A DNA stretch of 64,000 bases, taken from contig OZ024741.1 of assembly GCA_964016885.1 (NCBI GenBank), forward strand, positions 254,262,001-254,326,000, written 5' to 3'. This document shows, in pieces, positions 30,867-45,445 of this stretch. How positions within the stretch are numbered: the stretch's first letter is position 1; every line of letters begins with the position of its first letter. The translations under genes were made by a program, and so were the position numbers. The stretch is from Eledone cirrhosa. Lineage: Eukaryota. Below the pieces are notes generated by a model. It had not been told where the DNA came from. It made no database searches and was given only the letters and a program-made list of their open reading frames with translations.

Positions 30867-31095
30867 CTTCCACTCGTGTAGGACACCTCGGTTATTTTTC
30901 ATTTTGTAAAAAAAACCTCACTTTCTAATATATATATATATATCTATATATCTACATATATATATATATATGTACATATATATATGTACATATATATATA
31001 TGTACATATATATATATATATATATAACGAAGGAAATGTGGTAAGGAACCAGGTGGACCATAACGCACCAAAGTACTCAATACTTGAGGTAGTAG

Positions 31096-31295
31096 NNNNN
31101 NNNNNNNNNNNNNNNNNNNNNNNNNNNNNNNNNNNNNNNNNNNNNNNNNNNNNNNNNNNNNNNNNNNNNNNNNNNNNNNNNNNNNNNNNNNNNNNNNNNN
31201 NNNNNNNNNNNNNNNNNNNNNNNNNNNNNNNNNNNNNNNNNNNNNNNNNNNNNNNNNNNNNNNNNNNNNNNNNNNNNNNNNNNNNNNNNNNNNNN
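31096..31295. other. Assembly gap (200 N)
   Basis: Round-number N run, probably a scaffolding gap of unknown true size. Confidence 0.98.
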
Positions 31296-31809
31296 TTTTA
31301 TTTTATTTTATTTATTTATTTAGGTGAGATTTTAGCTCATATTTAGCTTAGATTTAGGTGAGAATTAGCTTAGATTTAGCTTACACTTATGTGAGATTTA
31401 GCTTTATATTTAGCTTAGATTTAGTTGAGATTTAGGCTATAATTCGCAGAGATTTAGGTGAGAATTAGCTCATATTTAGCTTAGATTTAGGTGAGATTTA
31501 GCTTAGATTTAGCTTAGATTTAGCTGAGATTTAAGGTTAGAGTTAGTTTATATTTAGCTTAGATTTAGATGGGAATTAGCTTATATTTAGGTTAGATTTA
31601 GGTGAGATTTAGATTATGTTTAGCTTAGATTTAGCTTAGATTTAGGTGAGATTTATCTTAGATTTAGCTTAGATTTAGGTGAGATTCAGCTTAGATTTAG
31701 CTTATATTTAAGTGAGATTTACATTAGATTTATCTTAGATTTAGCTGAGATTTAGCTTTCATTTAGCTTAAATTTAGGTAAGATTTAGCTTATATATAGT
31801 TCAGATTAG

Positions 31810-32035
31810 TGAAGGCGTGTGGGCTGAGTGGTTAGGACCAATTGGATTCGCAATCGTAAGGTTGTGAGTTCGATTCCTGGACCAGGCGATGCGTTATGTC
31901 CTTGAGCAAGGACACTTTATTTCACGTTGCTCCTTCTACCTGGAGTTGCGACCGATAGATAGTATTAGCAATTGGAAAGACCAACGGAAACATTGTTCCC
32001 TCGGTCCGATTTGACGAAAGTCGATCGTTGCTTTT
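31810..32035 (+). mobile_element. tRNA-derived SINE inserted in the satellite
   Basis: A box (g)GCTGAGTGG, B box GAGTTCGATTCC, tccttgagcaag core; flanked by the direct repeat tatagttcagatt (31795-31807, 32036-32048). Confidence 0.85.
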
Positions 32036-35020
32036 TATAGTTCAGATTTACGTGAGATTTAGCTTAGATTTTAGGTGAGATTTAGCTTAGATTTAGGGTC
32101 AGAATTAGCTTAGATTTAGGTGAGATTTAGTTTATATTTAGCTCAGATTTAGGTGAGATTTAGGTGAGAATCTGCCTTAGATTTAGTTTAGATTTATGTG
32201 AGATTTAGCTTAGATTTAGCTGAGATTTAGGTGAGAATCCGCTTAGCTTCAGCTTAGATTTAGGTGAGATTTAGCTAATATTTAGCTGAAATTTATGTGA
32301 GATTTAGGTTAGATTTAGCTTAAGTGATTATATTTTAAGTGAGATTTACATTAGATTTAGATTAGATTTTTGATGAGATTTAGCTTAGATTTAGGTGAGA
32401 TTTAGCTTAGATTTAGGTGAGATTTAGTTTATATTTAGCTCAGATTTAGGTGTGATTTAGGTGAGGTTTAGCTTAGATTTAGCTTAGATTTAGGTGAAAT
32501 TTAGCTTAGGACTTAGCTTAGATTTAGCTGAGATTTAGGTTAGATTTTAGTTTATATTTAGGTTAGATTTAGATGGGATTTTAGCTTATGTTTTAGCTTA
32601 GATTTTAGGTGAGATTTAGCGTATATTTAGCTTAGATTTAGGTGAGATTTAGCTTAGATTTAACTTAAATTTAGGGTGACATTTAGTCTATATTTAGCTT
32701 AGATTTAGGTGAGATTTAGCTTATATTTAGCTTAAATTTAGTTGAGATTTAGCTTATATTTAGCTTAGATTCAGGTTCGATTTAGCTTATATTTAGCTTT
32801 AGATTTATGTGTGATTTAGCTTAGATTTAGGTGAGATTTAGCTTATATTTAGCTTAGATTTAGGTGAGATTTACCTTAGATATAGCTTAGATTTAGGTGA
32901 GATTTTAGCTTATATTTACCTTAGATTTATGTGAGATTCAGTTAAGATTTAGCTTTAGATTTAAGTAAGATTTAGATTATATTTTAGCTTAGATATAAGT
33001 TAGATTTAGCTTATACTTAGCTTAGATTTAGGGGGAGATTCAGCTTATATTTAGCTTATATTTAGGTGAGATTTAGCTTATATTTAGCTGAGATTTAGGT
33101 GAGATGTAAACTTAGATTTAGCTTAGATTTATGTGGACATTTAGCTTATATTTAGCTTAGATTTAGGTGAGATTTAGCTTATATTTAACGTAGATTTAGG
33201 TGAAACTTAGCCTATATTTAGCTTAGATTCAGGTTTCGATTTAGCTTATATTTAGTTTAGATTTAGGTGAGATTTACCTTAGATATAGCTTAGATTTTAG
33301 GTGAGATTTAGCTTATATTTACCTTAGATTTATGTGAGATTCAGTGTAGATTTAACTTAGATTTAGGTAAGATTTAGATTATATTTAGCTTAGATATAAG
33401 TGAGATTTAGCTTATACTTAGCTTAGATTTAGCTGAGATTTAGCTTAGATTTATGTTAGATTTTGCTTAGATTTAGCTTTGATTTAGGTGAGATTGAGCT
33501 TATATTTAACTTAGATTTAGGTGAGATTTTAGCTTAGATTTAGCTTATATTTATGTGAGATTTACATTAGATTTATATTATATTATAGTGAGATTTAACT
33601 TAGATTTAGCTTAGATTTATGTGAGATTTATCTTAGATTTGCATAGATTTAGGTGAGACTAGCTTAGATTTAGCTTAGATTTAGGTGAGCTTTAGCTTAT
33701 ATTTAGCTTAGATTTAGCTGAGATCTAGCTTTGATTTCAGTTGAGATTTAGGTGAGATTTAGTTAAGATTTATATTAATATGAGATTTAGCTTATATTTA
33801 GCTTAGATTTAAGTGAGATTGATCTTATATTAGCTTAGAGTTAGGTGATATTTAGCTTAGATTTAGCTTAGATTTAGGTGAGATTTAACTTAGATTTAGA
33901 CTAGATTTATGTGACATGTAGCTTATATTTAGCTTAGATTTTAGGTGAGATTTAGCTTATATTTAACGTTAGATTTAGGGGAAATTTAGCCTATATTTAG
34001 CGTAGATTTAGGTGAGATTTAGCTTACATTTAACTTAGATTTAGGTGAGATTTAGGCTATATTTAGCTTAGATTTAGATTTACTTTTTCTTTAATTTATT
34101 TCTTTATTTCTTTATTTCTTTATTTCATTTCATTTCATTTCATTTCATTTTCATTTCATTTCATTTCATTTCATTTCATTTCATTTCATTTCATTTTCAT
34201 ATCATTTCATTTCATTTTCTTTTCTTTTACTTTATTTTATTTTATTTTTATTTTATTTTTATTTTATTTTATTTATTTATTTATTTAGGTGAGATTTAGC
34301 TTAGATTTAGGTGAGATTTAGTTTATATTTAGCTTAGATTTAGGTGAGAATTAGCTTAGATTTAGCTTACACTTATGTGAGATTTAGGCTTATATATAGC
34401 TTAGATTTAGGTGAGATTTACGCTATATTTCGCTCAGATTTAGGTGAGAATTAGCTCATATTTAGCTTAGATTTAGCTTTAGCTTAGATTAGTTTTAGCT
34501 TAGATTTAGCTGAGATTTAGGGTAGAGTTAGTTTTATATTTAGCTTAGATTTAGATGGGAATTAGCTTATATTTAGGTTAGATTTAGGTGAGATTTAGAT
34601 TATGTTTAGCCTTAGATTTAGCTTAGATTTAGGTGAGATTTTACGCTATATTTCGCTCAGATTTAGGTGAGAATTAGCTCATATTTAGCTTAGATTTAGC
34701 TTAGATTTAGCTTAGATTTAGCTTAGATTTAGCTGAGATTTTAGGGTAGAGTTAGTTTATATTTAGCTTAGATTTTAGATGGAATTAGCTTATATTTTAG
34801 GTTAGATTTAGGTGAGATTTAGATTATGTTTTAGCTTAGATTTAGCTTAGATTTAGGTGAGATTTATCTTAGATTTAGCTTAGATTTAGGTGAGATTCAG
34901 CTTAGATTTAGCTTATATTTAAGTGAGATTTACATTAGATTTATCTTAGATTTAGCTGAGATTTAGCTTTCATTTAGCTTAAAATTTAGGTAAGATTTAG
35001 CTTATATATAGTTCAGATTA

Positions 35021-35246
35021 GTGAAGGCGTGTGGCTGAGTGGTTAGAGAATTGGATTCGCAATCGTAAGGTTGTGAGTTCGATTCCTGGACCAGGCGATG
35101 CGTTATGTCCTTGAGCAAGACACTTTATTTCACGTTGCTCCTTCTACCTGGAGTTGCGGACCGATAGATAGTATTAGCAATTGGAAAGACCAACGGAAAC
35201 ATTGTTCCCTCGGTCCCGATTTGACGAAAGTCGATCGTTGCTTTTT
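35021..35246 (+). mobile_element. Duplicate of the satellite-embedded SINE
   Basis: Same sequence and same flanks, ~3.2 kb downstream. Confidence 0.85.
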
Positions 35247-38200
35247 ATAGTTTCAGATTTACGTGAGATTTAGCTTAGATTTAGGTGAGATTTTAGCTTA
35301 GATTTAGGGTTCAGAATTAGCTTAGGATTTAGGTGAGATTTAGTTTATAATTAGCTCAGATTTAGGTGAGATTTAGGTGAGAATCAGCTTAGATTTAGTT
35401 TAGATTTATGTGAGATTTAGCTTAGATTTAGCTGAGATTTAGGTGAGAATCCGCTTAGCTTCAGCTTAGATTTAGGTGAGATTTAGCTAATATTTAGCTG
35501 AAATTTATGTGAGATTTTAGGTTAGATTTAGCTTAAGTGACTATATTTAAGTGAGATTTTACATTAGATTTAGATTAGATTTTTGGTGAGATTTAGCTTA
35601 GATTTAGGTGAGATTTAGCTTAGATTTAGGTGAGATTTAGTTTATATTTAGCTCAGATTTAGGTGTGATTTAGGTGAGGTTTAGCTTAGATTTAGCTTAG
35701 ATTTAGGTGAAATTTAGCTTAGGACTTAGCTTAGATTTAGCTGAGATTTAGGTTAGATTTAGTTTTATATTTAGCTTAGATGTAGAATGGTATTTTAGCT
35801 TATTTTTAGCTTAGATTTAGGTGAGATTTAGCGTATATTTAGCTTAGATTTTAGGTGAGATTTTAGCTTAGATTTAACTTAAATTTAGGTGACATTTAGT
35901 CTATATTTAGCTTAGATTTAGGTGAGATTTAGCTTATATTTAGCTTAAATTTAGTTGAGATTTAGCTTATATTTAGCTTAGATTCAGGTTTCGATTTAGC
36001 TTATATTTAGCTTAGATTTATGTGTGATTTAGCTTAGATTTAGGTGAGATTTAGCTTATATTTAGCTTAGATTTAGGTGAGATTTACCTTAGATATAGCT
36101 TAGATTTTAGGTGAGATTTAGCTTATATTTACTTAGATTTATGTGAGATTCAGTTTTAGATTTAGCTTAGATTTAGGTAAGATTTAGATTATATTTAGCT
36201 TAGATATAAGTGAGATTTAGCTTATACTTAGCTTAGATTTAGGGGAGATTCAGCTTATATTTAGCTTAGATTTAGGTGAGATTTTGCTTATATTTAGCTT
36301 AGATTTAGGTGAGATGTAAACTTAGATTTAATTTTAGATTTAGGTAAATTGAGCTTATATTTAGCTTAGATTTATTTGAAATTTAGCTGAGGACTTAGCT
36401 TAGATTTAGGTTAGATTTATCTTGTATTTAGCTTAGATTTAGCTGAGATTTAGGTGAGATATCAGCTTAGCTTCAGCTTAGATTTAGGTTATATTTAGCT
36501 CAGATTTAGCTTATATTTAGGTGAGATTTAACTTAGATTTAGGTGAGATTTAGTTTATATTTAGCTCAGATTTAGGTGAGATTTAGGTGAAAAATCAGCT
36601 TAGATTTAGCTTAGATTTATGTGAGAATTAGCTTAGATTTAGCTTAGATTTAGGTGAGATTTAGCTTATATTTAACTTAGATTTAGGTGTGATTTATCTT
36701 AGATTTAGCTTATATTTATGTGAGATTTACATTAGATTTTATTTTATATTAAGGTGAGATTTAACTTAAATTTAGCTTTGATTTATTTGAGATTTATCTT
36801 AGATTTAGCTTAGATTAGCTTAGATTTTAGGTGAGATTTAGGCTATATTTAGCTTAGATTTAGATTTACTTTACTTTAATTTATTTCTTTATTTCTTATT
36901 TAATTTCATTTCATTTCATTTCATTTCATTTCATTTCATTTCATTTCATTTCATTTCATTTCATATCATTTCATTTCATTTTCTTTTCTTTTATTTTATT
37001 TTATTTTATTTTATTTTATTTTATTTTTATTTTATTTTATATTATATTTCATTTTTATTTTATTTTTATTTTATTTTATTTTAATTTTATTTTATTTATT
37101 TATTTAGGTGAGATTTAGCTCATATTTAGCTTAGATTTTAGGTGAGATTTAGCTTAGAATTAGCTTATATTTACGTGAGATTTACATTAGATTTAGCTTA
37201 GATTTAGCTGAGATTTAGCTTTCATTTAGCTTAAATTTAGGTAAGATTTAGCTTATATATAGTTCAGATTATTGAAGGCTTAAATGTAGATTATATTTAA
37301 GAGAGATTTACATTACATTTAGATTATATTTTGGTGAGATTTAGCTTAGATTTAGGTGAGATGTAGTTTATATTTAGCTCAGATTTAGGTGAGATTTAGG
37401 GGAAAATCAGCTTAGATTTAGGTGAGATTTAGCTTAAATTTAGCTTAGATTTAGGTTAGATTTAGCTTAGATTTAGGTGAGATTTAGATTAGATTTAGCT
37501 TATATTTAAGTGAGATTTACATTAGATTTAGCTTAGATTTAGCTGAGATTTATCTTACATTTAGCTTAGATTTAGGTAAGATATAGCTTATATTTAGTTT
37601 AGATTTAGGTGAGATTTAGCTTAGATTTAGCTTAGATTTAGGTGATATTTAGCTTAGATTTAGGTGAGATTTACTTTATATTTAGCTCAGATTTAGGTGA
37701 GATTTAGGTGAGAATCAGCTTAGATGTAGCTTAGATATAGCTTAGATTTATGTGAGATTTAGCTTAGATTTAGATGAGCTTTAGCTTATATTTAGCTTAG
37801 ATTTAGGTGATATTTAACTTAGATTTAGCTTAGATTTAGGTGAGATTTAGCTTAGATTTAGCTTAGATTTAGGTGAGATTGAGCTTTGATTTAGGTGAGA
37901 TTTAGCTTAGATTTCGGTGAGATTTAGTTTATATTTAGCTTAGATTTAGGTGAGAATTAGCTTAGATTTAGCTTATACTTATGTGAGATTTAGCTTATAT
38001 TTAGCTTAGATTTAGGTGAGATTTAGGCTATATTTAGCTTAGATTTAGATTTACTTTACTTTAATTTATTTCTTTATTTCTTAATTTCTTTATTTTATTT
38101 CATTTCATTTCATTTCATTTCATTTCATTTCATTTTCTTTTATTTTATTTTATTTTATTTTATTTTCTTTTCTTTTCTTTTCTTTTCTTTTCTTTTCTTT

Positions 38201-39832
38201 TCTTTTCTTTTCTTTTCTTTTCTTTTCTTTTCTTTTCTTTTCTTTTCTTTTCTTTTCTCTTCTTTTCTTTTCTTTTCTTTTCTTTTATTTTATTTTATTT
38301 TGTTTTAAATTTCATTTTATTTTCTATTATTTTATTTTATTTTATTTATTTATTTATTTATTTATTTAGGTGAGATTTAGCTTATATTTAGCTTAGATTT
38401 AGGTGAGATTTAGGTTAGCTTTAGTTTAGATTTAGGTGAGATTCAGATTAGATTTAGCTTATATTTAAGTGAGATTTACATTAGATTTAGCTTAGATTTA
38501 GCTGAGATTTAGCTTACGATTAGCTTAGATTTAGGTAAGATTTAGCTTATATATAGTTTAGATTAATGTGAGATTTAGCTTAGATTTAGGTGAGATTTAG
38601 CTTAGATTTAGCTTACAATTAGCTGAGATTCTGCTTAGAGTTAGCTTATATTTAAGTGAGATTTACATTAGATTTAGCTTAGATTTAGCTGAGATTTAGC
38701 TTACATTTAGCTTATATTTAGGTGAGATTTAGGTGAGATTTAGCTTATATATATAGTTTAGATTTATGTGAGATTTAGCTTAGATTTAGGTGAGATTTAG
38801 CTTAGATTAAGCTTAGATTTAGTTGAGATTTAGCTTAGATTTAGGTGAGATTTAGTTTATGTTTAGCTCAGATTTAGGTGAGATTTAGGGGAAAATCAGC
38901 TTAGATTTAGGTGAGATTTAGCTTAAATTTAGCTTAGATTTAGGTTAGATTTAGCTTAGATTTAGGTGAGATTTAGATTAGATTTAGCTTATATTTAAGT
39001 GAGATTTACATTAGATTTAGCTTAGATTTAGCTGAGATTTATCTTACATTTAGCTTAGATTTAGGTAAGATATAGCTTATATTTAGCTTAGATTTAGGTG
39101 AGATTTAGCTTAGATTTAGCTTAGATTTAGGTGATATTTAGCTTAGATTTAGGTGAGATTTAGTTTATATTTAGCTCAGATTTAGGTGAGATTTAGGTGA
39201 GAATCAGCTTAGATGTAGCTTAGATATAGCTTAGATTTATGTGAGATTTAGCTTAGATTTAGATGAGCTTTAGCTTATATTTAGCTTAGATTTAGGTGAG
39301 ATTTAACTTAGATTTAGCTTAGATTTAGGTGAGATTTAGCTTAGATTTAGCTAAGATTTAGGTGAGATTTAGCTTAGATTTAGCTTAGATTTAGGTGAGA
39401 TTGAGCTTTGATTTAGGTGAGATTTAGCTTAGATTTCGGTGAGATTTAGTTTATATTTAGGTGAGAATTAGCTTAGATTTAGCTTATACTTATGTGAGAT
39501 TTAGCTTATATTTAGCTTAGATTTAGGTGAGATTTAGGCTATATTTAGCTTAGATTTAGATTTACTTTACTTTAATTTATTTCTTTATTTCTTAATTTCT
39601 TTATTTTATTTCATTTCATTTCATTTCATTTCATTTTCTTTTATTTTATTTTCTTTTCTTTTCTTTTCTTTTCTTTTCTTTTCTTTTCTTTTCTTTTCTT
39701 TTCTTTTCTTTTCTTTTCTTTTCTTTTCTTTTCTTTTCTTTTCTTTTCTCTTCTTTTCTTTTCTTTTCTTTTCTTTTCTTTTATTTTATTTTGTTTTAAA
39801 TTTCATTTTATTTTCTATTATTTTATTTTATT

Positions 39833-39867
<35 letters not shown>

Positions 39868-42010
39868 GGTGAGATTTAGCTTATATTTAGCTTAGATTTA
39901 GGTGAGATTTAGGTTAGCTTTAGTTTAGATTTAGGTGAGATTCAGATTAGATTTAGCTTATATTTAAGTGAGATTTACATTAGATTTAGCTTAGATTTAG
40001 CTGAGATTTAGCTTACAATTAGCTTAGATTTAGGTAAGATTTAGCTTATATATAGTTTAGATTAATGTGAGATTTAGCTTAGATTTAGGTGAGATTTAGC
40101 TTAGATTTAGCTTAGATTTAGGTGAGATTCAGCTTAGAGTTAGCTTATATTTAAGTGAGATTTACATTAGATTTAGCTTAGATTTAGCTGAGATTTAGCT
40201 TACATTTAGCTTATATTCAGGTGAGATTTAGGTGAGATTTAGCTTATATATATAGTTTAGATTTATGTGAGATTTAGCTTAGATTTAGGTGAGATTTAGC
40301 TTAGATTAAGCTTAGATTTAGTTGAGATTTAGCTTAGATTTAGGTGAGATTTAGTTTATGTTTAGCTCAGATTTATGTGAGATTTAGGTGAGAATCAGCT
40401 TAGATTTAGCATAGATTTAGCTTAGATTTATGTGAGATTCAGCTTAGATTTAGCTTAGATTTAGGTAAGATTTAGCTTATATTTAGCTCATATTTAGCTA
40501 AAATATAGGTGAGATTTAGCTTATACTTAGCTTAGATTTAGGTGAGTTCAGCTTATATTTAGCTTAGATTTAGGTGAGATTTATCTTATATTTAGATTAG
40601 ATTTAGGTGAGATTTAGCTTAGATTTAATTTAGATTTAGATAAAATTGATCTTATATTTAGCTTAGATTTATTTAAGATTTAGCTGAGATTTAGCTTATA
40701 TTTAGCTTAGCTTTAGGTGAGATTTAACTTAGATTTAGGTGAAATTTAGTTTACATTTAGCTCAGATTTAGGTGAGATTTAGGTGAGAATCAGCTTAGAT
40801 GTAATTTAGATTTAGCTTAGATTTATGTGAGATTTAGCTTAGAGTTAGGTGAGATTTAGCTTATATTTAGCTTATATTTAGGTGAGATTTAACTTAGATT
40901 TAGCTTAGATTTATGTGATATTTAGCTTATATTTAGCTTAGATTTAGGTGAGATTTAGCTTATATTTAACTTAATTTTAGGTGAAATTTAGCCTATATTT
41001 AGCTTAGATTTAGGTGAGATTTTCCTTATATCTAACTTAGATTTAGGTGAGATTTAGGCTATATTTAGCTTAGATTTAGATTTACTTTACTTTAATTTAT
41101 TTCTTTATTTATTTATTTATTTATTTTATTTCATTTCATTTCATTTCATTTCATTTCATTTCATTTCATTTCATTTCATTTCATTTCATTTCATTTCATT
41201 TCATTTCATTTCATTTCATTTCATTTCATTTCATTTCATTTCATTTCATTTCATTTTCTTTTCTTTTATTTTATTTTATTTTATTTTATTTTATTTTATT
41301 TTATTTTATTTTATTTTATTTTATTTTATTTTATTTTATTTTATTTTATTTTATTTTATTTTATTTTATTTTATTTTATATTATATTTCATTTTATTTTA
41401 TTTTATTTTATTTTATTTTATTTATTTATTTATTTAGGTGAGATTTAGCTTATATTTAGCTTAGATTTAGGTGAGATTTAGCTTAGAATTAGCTTATATT
41501 TAGGTGAGATTTAGCTTAGATTTAGCTAAGATTTAGGTGAGATTTAGCTTAGATTTAGCTTAGATTTAGGTGAGATTGAGCTTTGATTTAGGTGAGATTT
41601 AGCTTAGATTTCGGTGAGATTTAGTTTATATTTAGGTGAGAATTAGCTTAGATTTAGCTTATACTTATGTGAGATTTAGCTTATATTTAGCTTAGATTTA
41701 GGTGAGATTTAGGCTATATTTAGCTTAGATTTAGATTTACTTTACTTTAATTTATTTCTTTATTTCTTAATTTCTTTATTTTATTTCATTTCATTTCATT
41801 TCATTTCATTTTCTTTTATTTTATTTTCTTTTCTTTTCTTTTCTTTTCTTTTCTTTTCTTTTCTTTTCTTTTCTTTTCTTTTCTTTTCTTTTCTTTTCTT
41901 TTCTTTTCTTTTCTTTTCTTTTCTTTTCTTCTTTTCTTTTCTTTTCTTTTCTTTTCTTTTATTTTATTTTGTTTTAAATTTCATTTTATTTTCTATTATT
42001 TTATTTTATT

Positions 42011-42045
<35 letters not shown>

Positions 42046-45000
42046 GGTGAGATTTAGCTTATATTTAGCTTAGATTTAGGTGAGATTTAGGTTAGCTTTA
42101 GTTTAGATTTAGGTGAGATTCAGATTAGATTTAGCTTATATTTAAGTGAGATTTACATTAGATTTAGCTTAGATTTAGCTGAGATTTAGCTTACAATTAG
42201 CTTAGATTTAGGTAAGATTTAGCTTATATATAGTTTAGATTAATGTGAGATTTAGCTTAGATTTAGGTGAGATTTAGCTTAGATTTAGCTTAGATTTAGG
42301 TGAGATTCAGCTTAGAGTTAGCTTATATTTAAGTGAGATTTACATTAGATTTAGCTTAGATTTAGCTGAGATTTAGCTTACATTTAGCTTATATTCAGGT
42401 GAGATTTAGGTGAGATTTAGCTTATATATATAGTTTAGATTTATGTGAGATTTAGCTTAGATTTAGGTGAGATTTAGCTTAGATTAAGCTTAGATTTAGT
42501 TGAGATTTAGCTTAGATTTAGGTGAGATTTAGTTTATGTTTAGCTCAGATTTATGTGAGATTTAGGTGAGAATCAGCTTAGATTTAGCATAGATTTAGCT
42601 TAGATTTATGTGAGATTCAGCTTAGATTTAGCTTAGATTTAGGTAAGATTTAGCTTATATTTAGCTCATATTTAGCTAAAATATAGGTGAGATTTAGCTT
42701 ATACTTAGCTTAGATTTAGGTGAGTTCAGCTTATATTTAGCTTAGATTTAGGTGAGATTTATCTTATATTTAGATTAGATTTAGGTGAGATTTAGCTTAG
42801 ATTTAATTTAGATTTAGATAAAATTGATCTTATATTTAGCTTAGATTTATTTAAGATTTAGCTGAGATTTAGCTTATATTTAGCTTAGCTTTAGGTGAGA
42901 TTTAACTTAGATTTAGGTGAAATTTAGTTTACATTTAGCTCAGATTTAGGTGAGATTTAGGTGAGAATCAGCTTAGATGTAATTTAGATTTAGCTTAGAT
43001 TTATGTGAGATTTAGCTTAGAGTTAGGTGAGATTTAGCTTATATTTAGCTTATATTTAGGTGAGATTTAACTTAGATTTAGCTTAGATTTATGTGATATT
43101 TAGCTTATATTTAGCTTAGATTTAGGTGAGATTTAGCTTATATTTAACTTAATTTTAGGTGAAATTTAGCCTATATTTAGCTTAGATTTAGGTGAGATTT
43201 TCCTTATATCTAACTTAGATTTAGGTGAGATTTAGGCTATATTTAGCTTAGATTTAGATTTACTTTACTTTAATTTATTTCTTTATTTATTTATTTATTT
43301 ATTTTATTTCATTTCATTTCATTTCATTTCATTTCATTTCATTTCATTTCATTTCATTTCATTTCATTTCATTTCATTTCATTTCATTTCATTTCATTTC
43401 ATTTCATTTCATTTCATTTCATTTCATTTCATTTTCTTTTCTTTTATTTTATTTTATTTTATTTTATTTTATTTTATTTTATTTTATTTTATTTTATTTT
43501 ATTTTATTTTATTTTATTTTATTTTATTTTATTTTATTTTATTTTATTTTATTTTATATTATATTTCATTTTATTTTATTTTATTTTATTTTATTTTATT
43601 TATTTATTTATTTAGGTGAGATTTAGCTTATATTTAGCTTAGATTTAGGTGAGATTTAGCTTAGAATTAGCTTATATTTAGGTGAGATTTACATTAGATT
43701 TAGCTTAGATTTAGCTGAGATTTAGCTTTCATTTAGCTTAAATTTAGGTAAGATTTAGCTTATATATAGTTCAGATTATTGAAGGCTTAAATGTAGATTA
43801 TATTTAAGAGAGATTTACATTACATTTAGATTATATTTTGGAGAGATTTAGCTTAGATTTAGGTGAGATGTAGTTTATATTTAACTCAGATTTAGGTGAG
43901 ATTTAGGGGAAAATCAGCTTAGATTTAGGTGAGATTTAGCTTAAATTTAGCTTAGATGTAGGTTAGATTTAGCTTAGATTTAGGTGAGATTTAGATTAGA
44001 TTTAGCTTATATTTAAGTGAGATTTACATTAGATTTAGCTTAGATTTAGCTGAGATTTATCTTACATTTAGCTTAGATTTAGGTAAGATATAGCTTATAT
44101 TTAGCTTAGATTTAGGTGAGATTTAGCTTAGATTTAGCTTAGATTTAGGTGATATTTAGCTTAGATTTAGGTGAGATTTAGTTTATATTTAGCTCAGATT
44201 TAGGTGAGATTTAGGTGAGAATCAGCTTAGATGTAGCTTAGATATAGCTTAGATTTATGTGAGATATAGCTTAGATTTAGATGAGCTTTAGCTTATATTT
44301 AGCTTAGATTTAGGTGAGATTTAACTTAGATTTAGCTTAGATTTAGGTGAGATTTAGCTTAGATTTAGCTAAGATTTAGCTAAGATTTAGGTTAGATTTA
44401 GCTTAGTTTTAGGTGAGATTTAGCTTAGATTTAGCTTAGATTTAGGTGAGATTGAGCTTTGATTTAGGTGAGATTTAGCTTAGATTTAGGTGAGATTTAG
44501 TTTATATTTAGCTTAGATTTAGGTGAGAATTAGCTTAGATTTAGCTTATACTTATGTGAGATTTAGCTTATATTTAGCTTAAATTTAGGTGAGATTTAAG
44601 CTATATTTAGCTTAGATTTAGATTTACTTTACTTTAATTTATTTCTTTATTTCTTAATTTCTTTATTTTATTTCATTTCATTTCATTTCATTTCATTTCA
44701 TTTCATTTCATTTCATTTCATTTCATTTTCTTTTCTTTTCCTTTCTTTTCTTTTCTTTTCTTTTCTTTTCTTTTCTTTTCTTTTCTTTTCTTTTCTTTTC
44801 TTTTCTTTTCTTTTCTTTTCTCTTCTTTTCTTTTATTTTATTTTATTTTATTTTATTTTATTTTGTTTTAAATTTCATTTTATTTTCTATTATTTTATTT
44901 TATTTTATTTATTTATTTATTTATTTATTTAGGTGAGATTTAGCTTATATTTAGCTTAGATTTAGGTGAGATTTAGGTTAGCTTTAGCTTAGATTTAGGT

Positions 45001-45445
45001 GAGATTCAGATTAGATTTAGCTTATATTTAAGTGAGATTTACATTAGATTTAGCTTAGATTTAGCTGAGATTTAGCTTACAATTAGCTTAGATTTAGGTA
45101 AGATTTAGCTTATATATAGTTTAGATTAATGTGAGATTTAGCTTAGATTTAGGTGAGATTTAGCTTAGATTTAGCTTAGATTTAGGTGAGATTAAGCTTA
45201 GAGTTAGCTTATATTTAAGTGTGATTTACATTAGATTTAGCTTAGATTTAGCTGAGATTTAGCTTACATTTAGCTTAGATTTAGGTGAGATTTAGGTGAG
45301 ATTTAGTTTATGTTTAGCTCAGATTTATGTGAGATTTAGGTGAGAATCAGCTTAGATTTAGCATAGATTTAGCTTAGATTTATGTGAAATTCAGCTTAGA
45401 TTTAGCTTAGATTTAGGTAAGATTTAGCTTATATTTAGCTCATAT

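Larger units (their letters stand above)
31296..45445. repeat. 11-bp satellite (GATTTAGCTTA / GATTTAGGTGA) with higher-order units punctuated by (TTTCA)n-(TTTTC)n-(TTTTA)n tracts
   Basis: Pentamer tracts at ~34080, 36865, 38050, 39560, 41080, 41735, 43260, 44625. Confidence 0.95.

Noticed and set aside
31296-36900. Higher divergence of the satellite next to the gap as a biological gradient
   Set aside because: Differences are mostly single-base homopolymer indels, also inside the SINE copies, which is typical of low-coverage long-read consensus at a contig end
31296-45445. True telomere
   Set aside because: No (TTAGGG)n or (TTAGG)n runs, and the array is followed by other DNA
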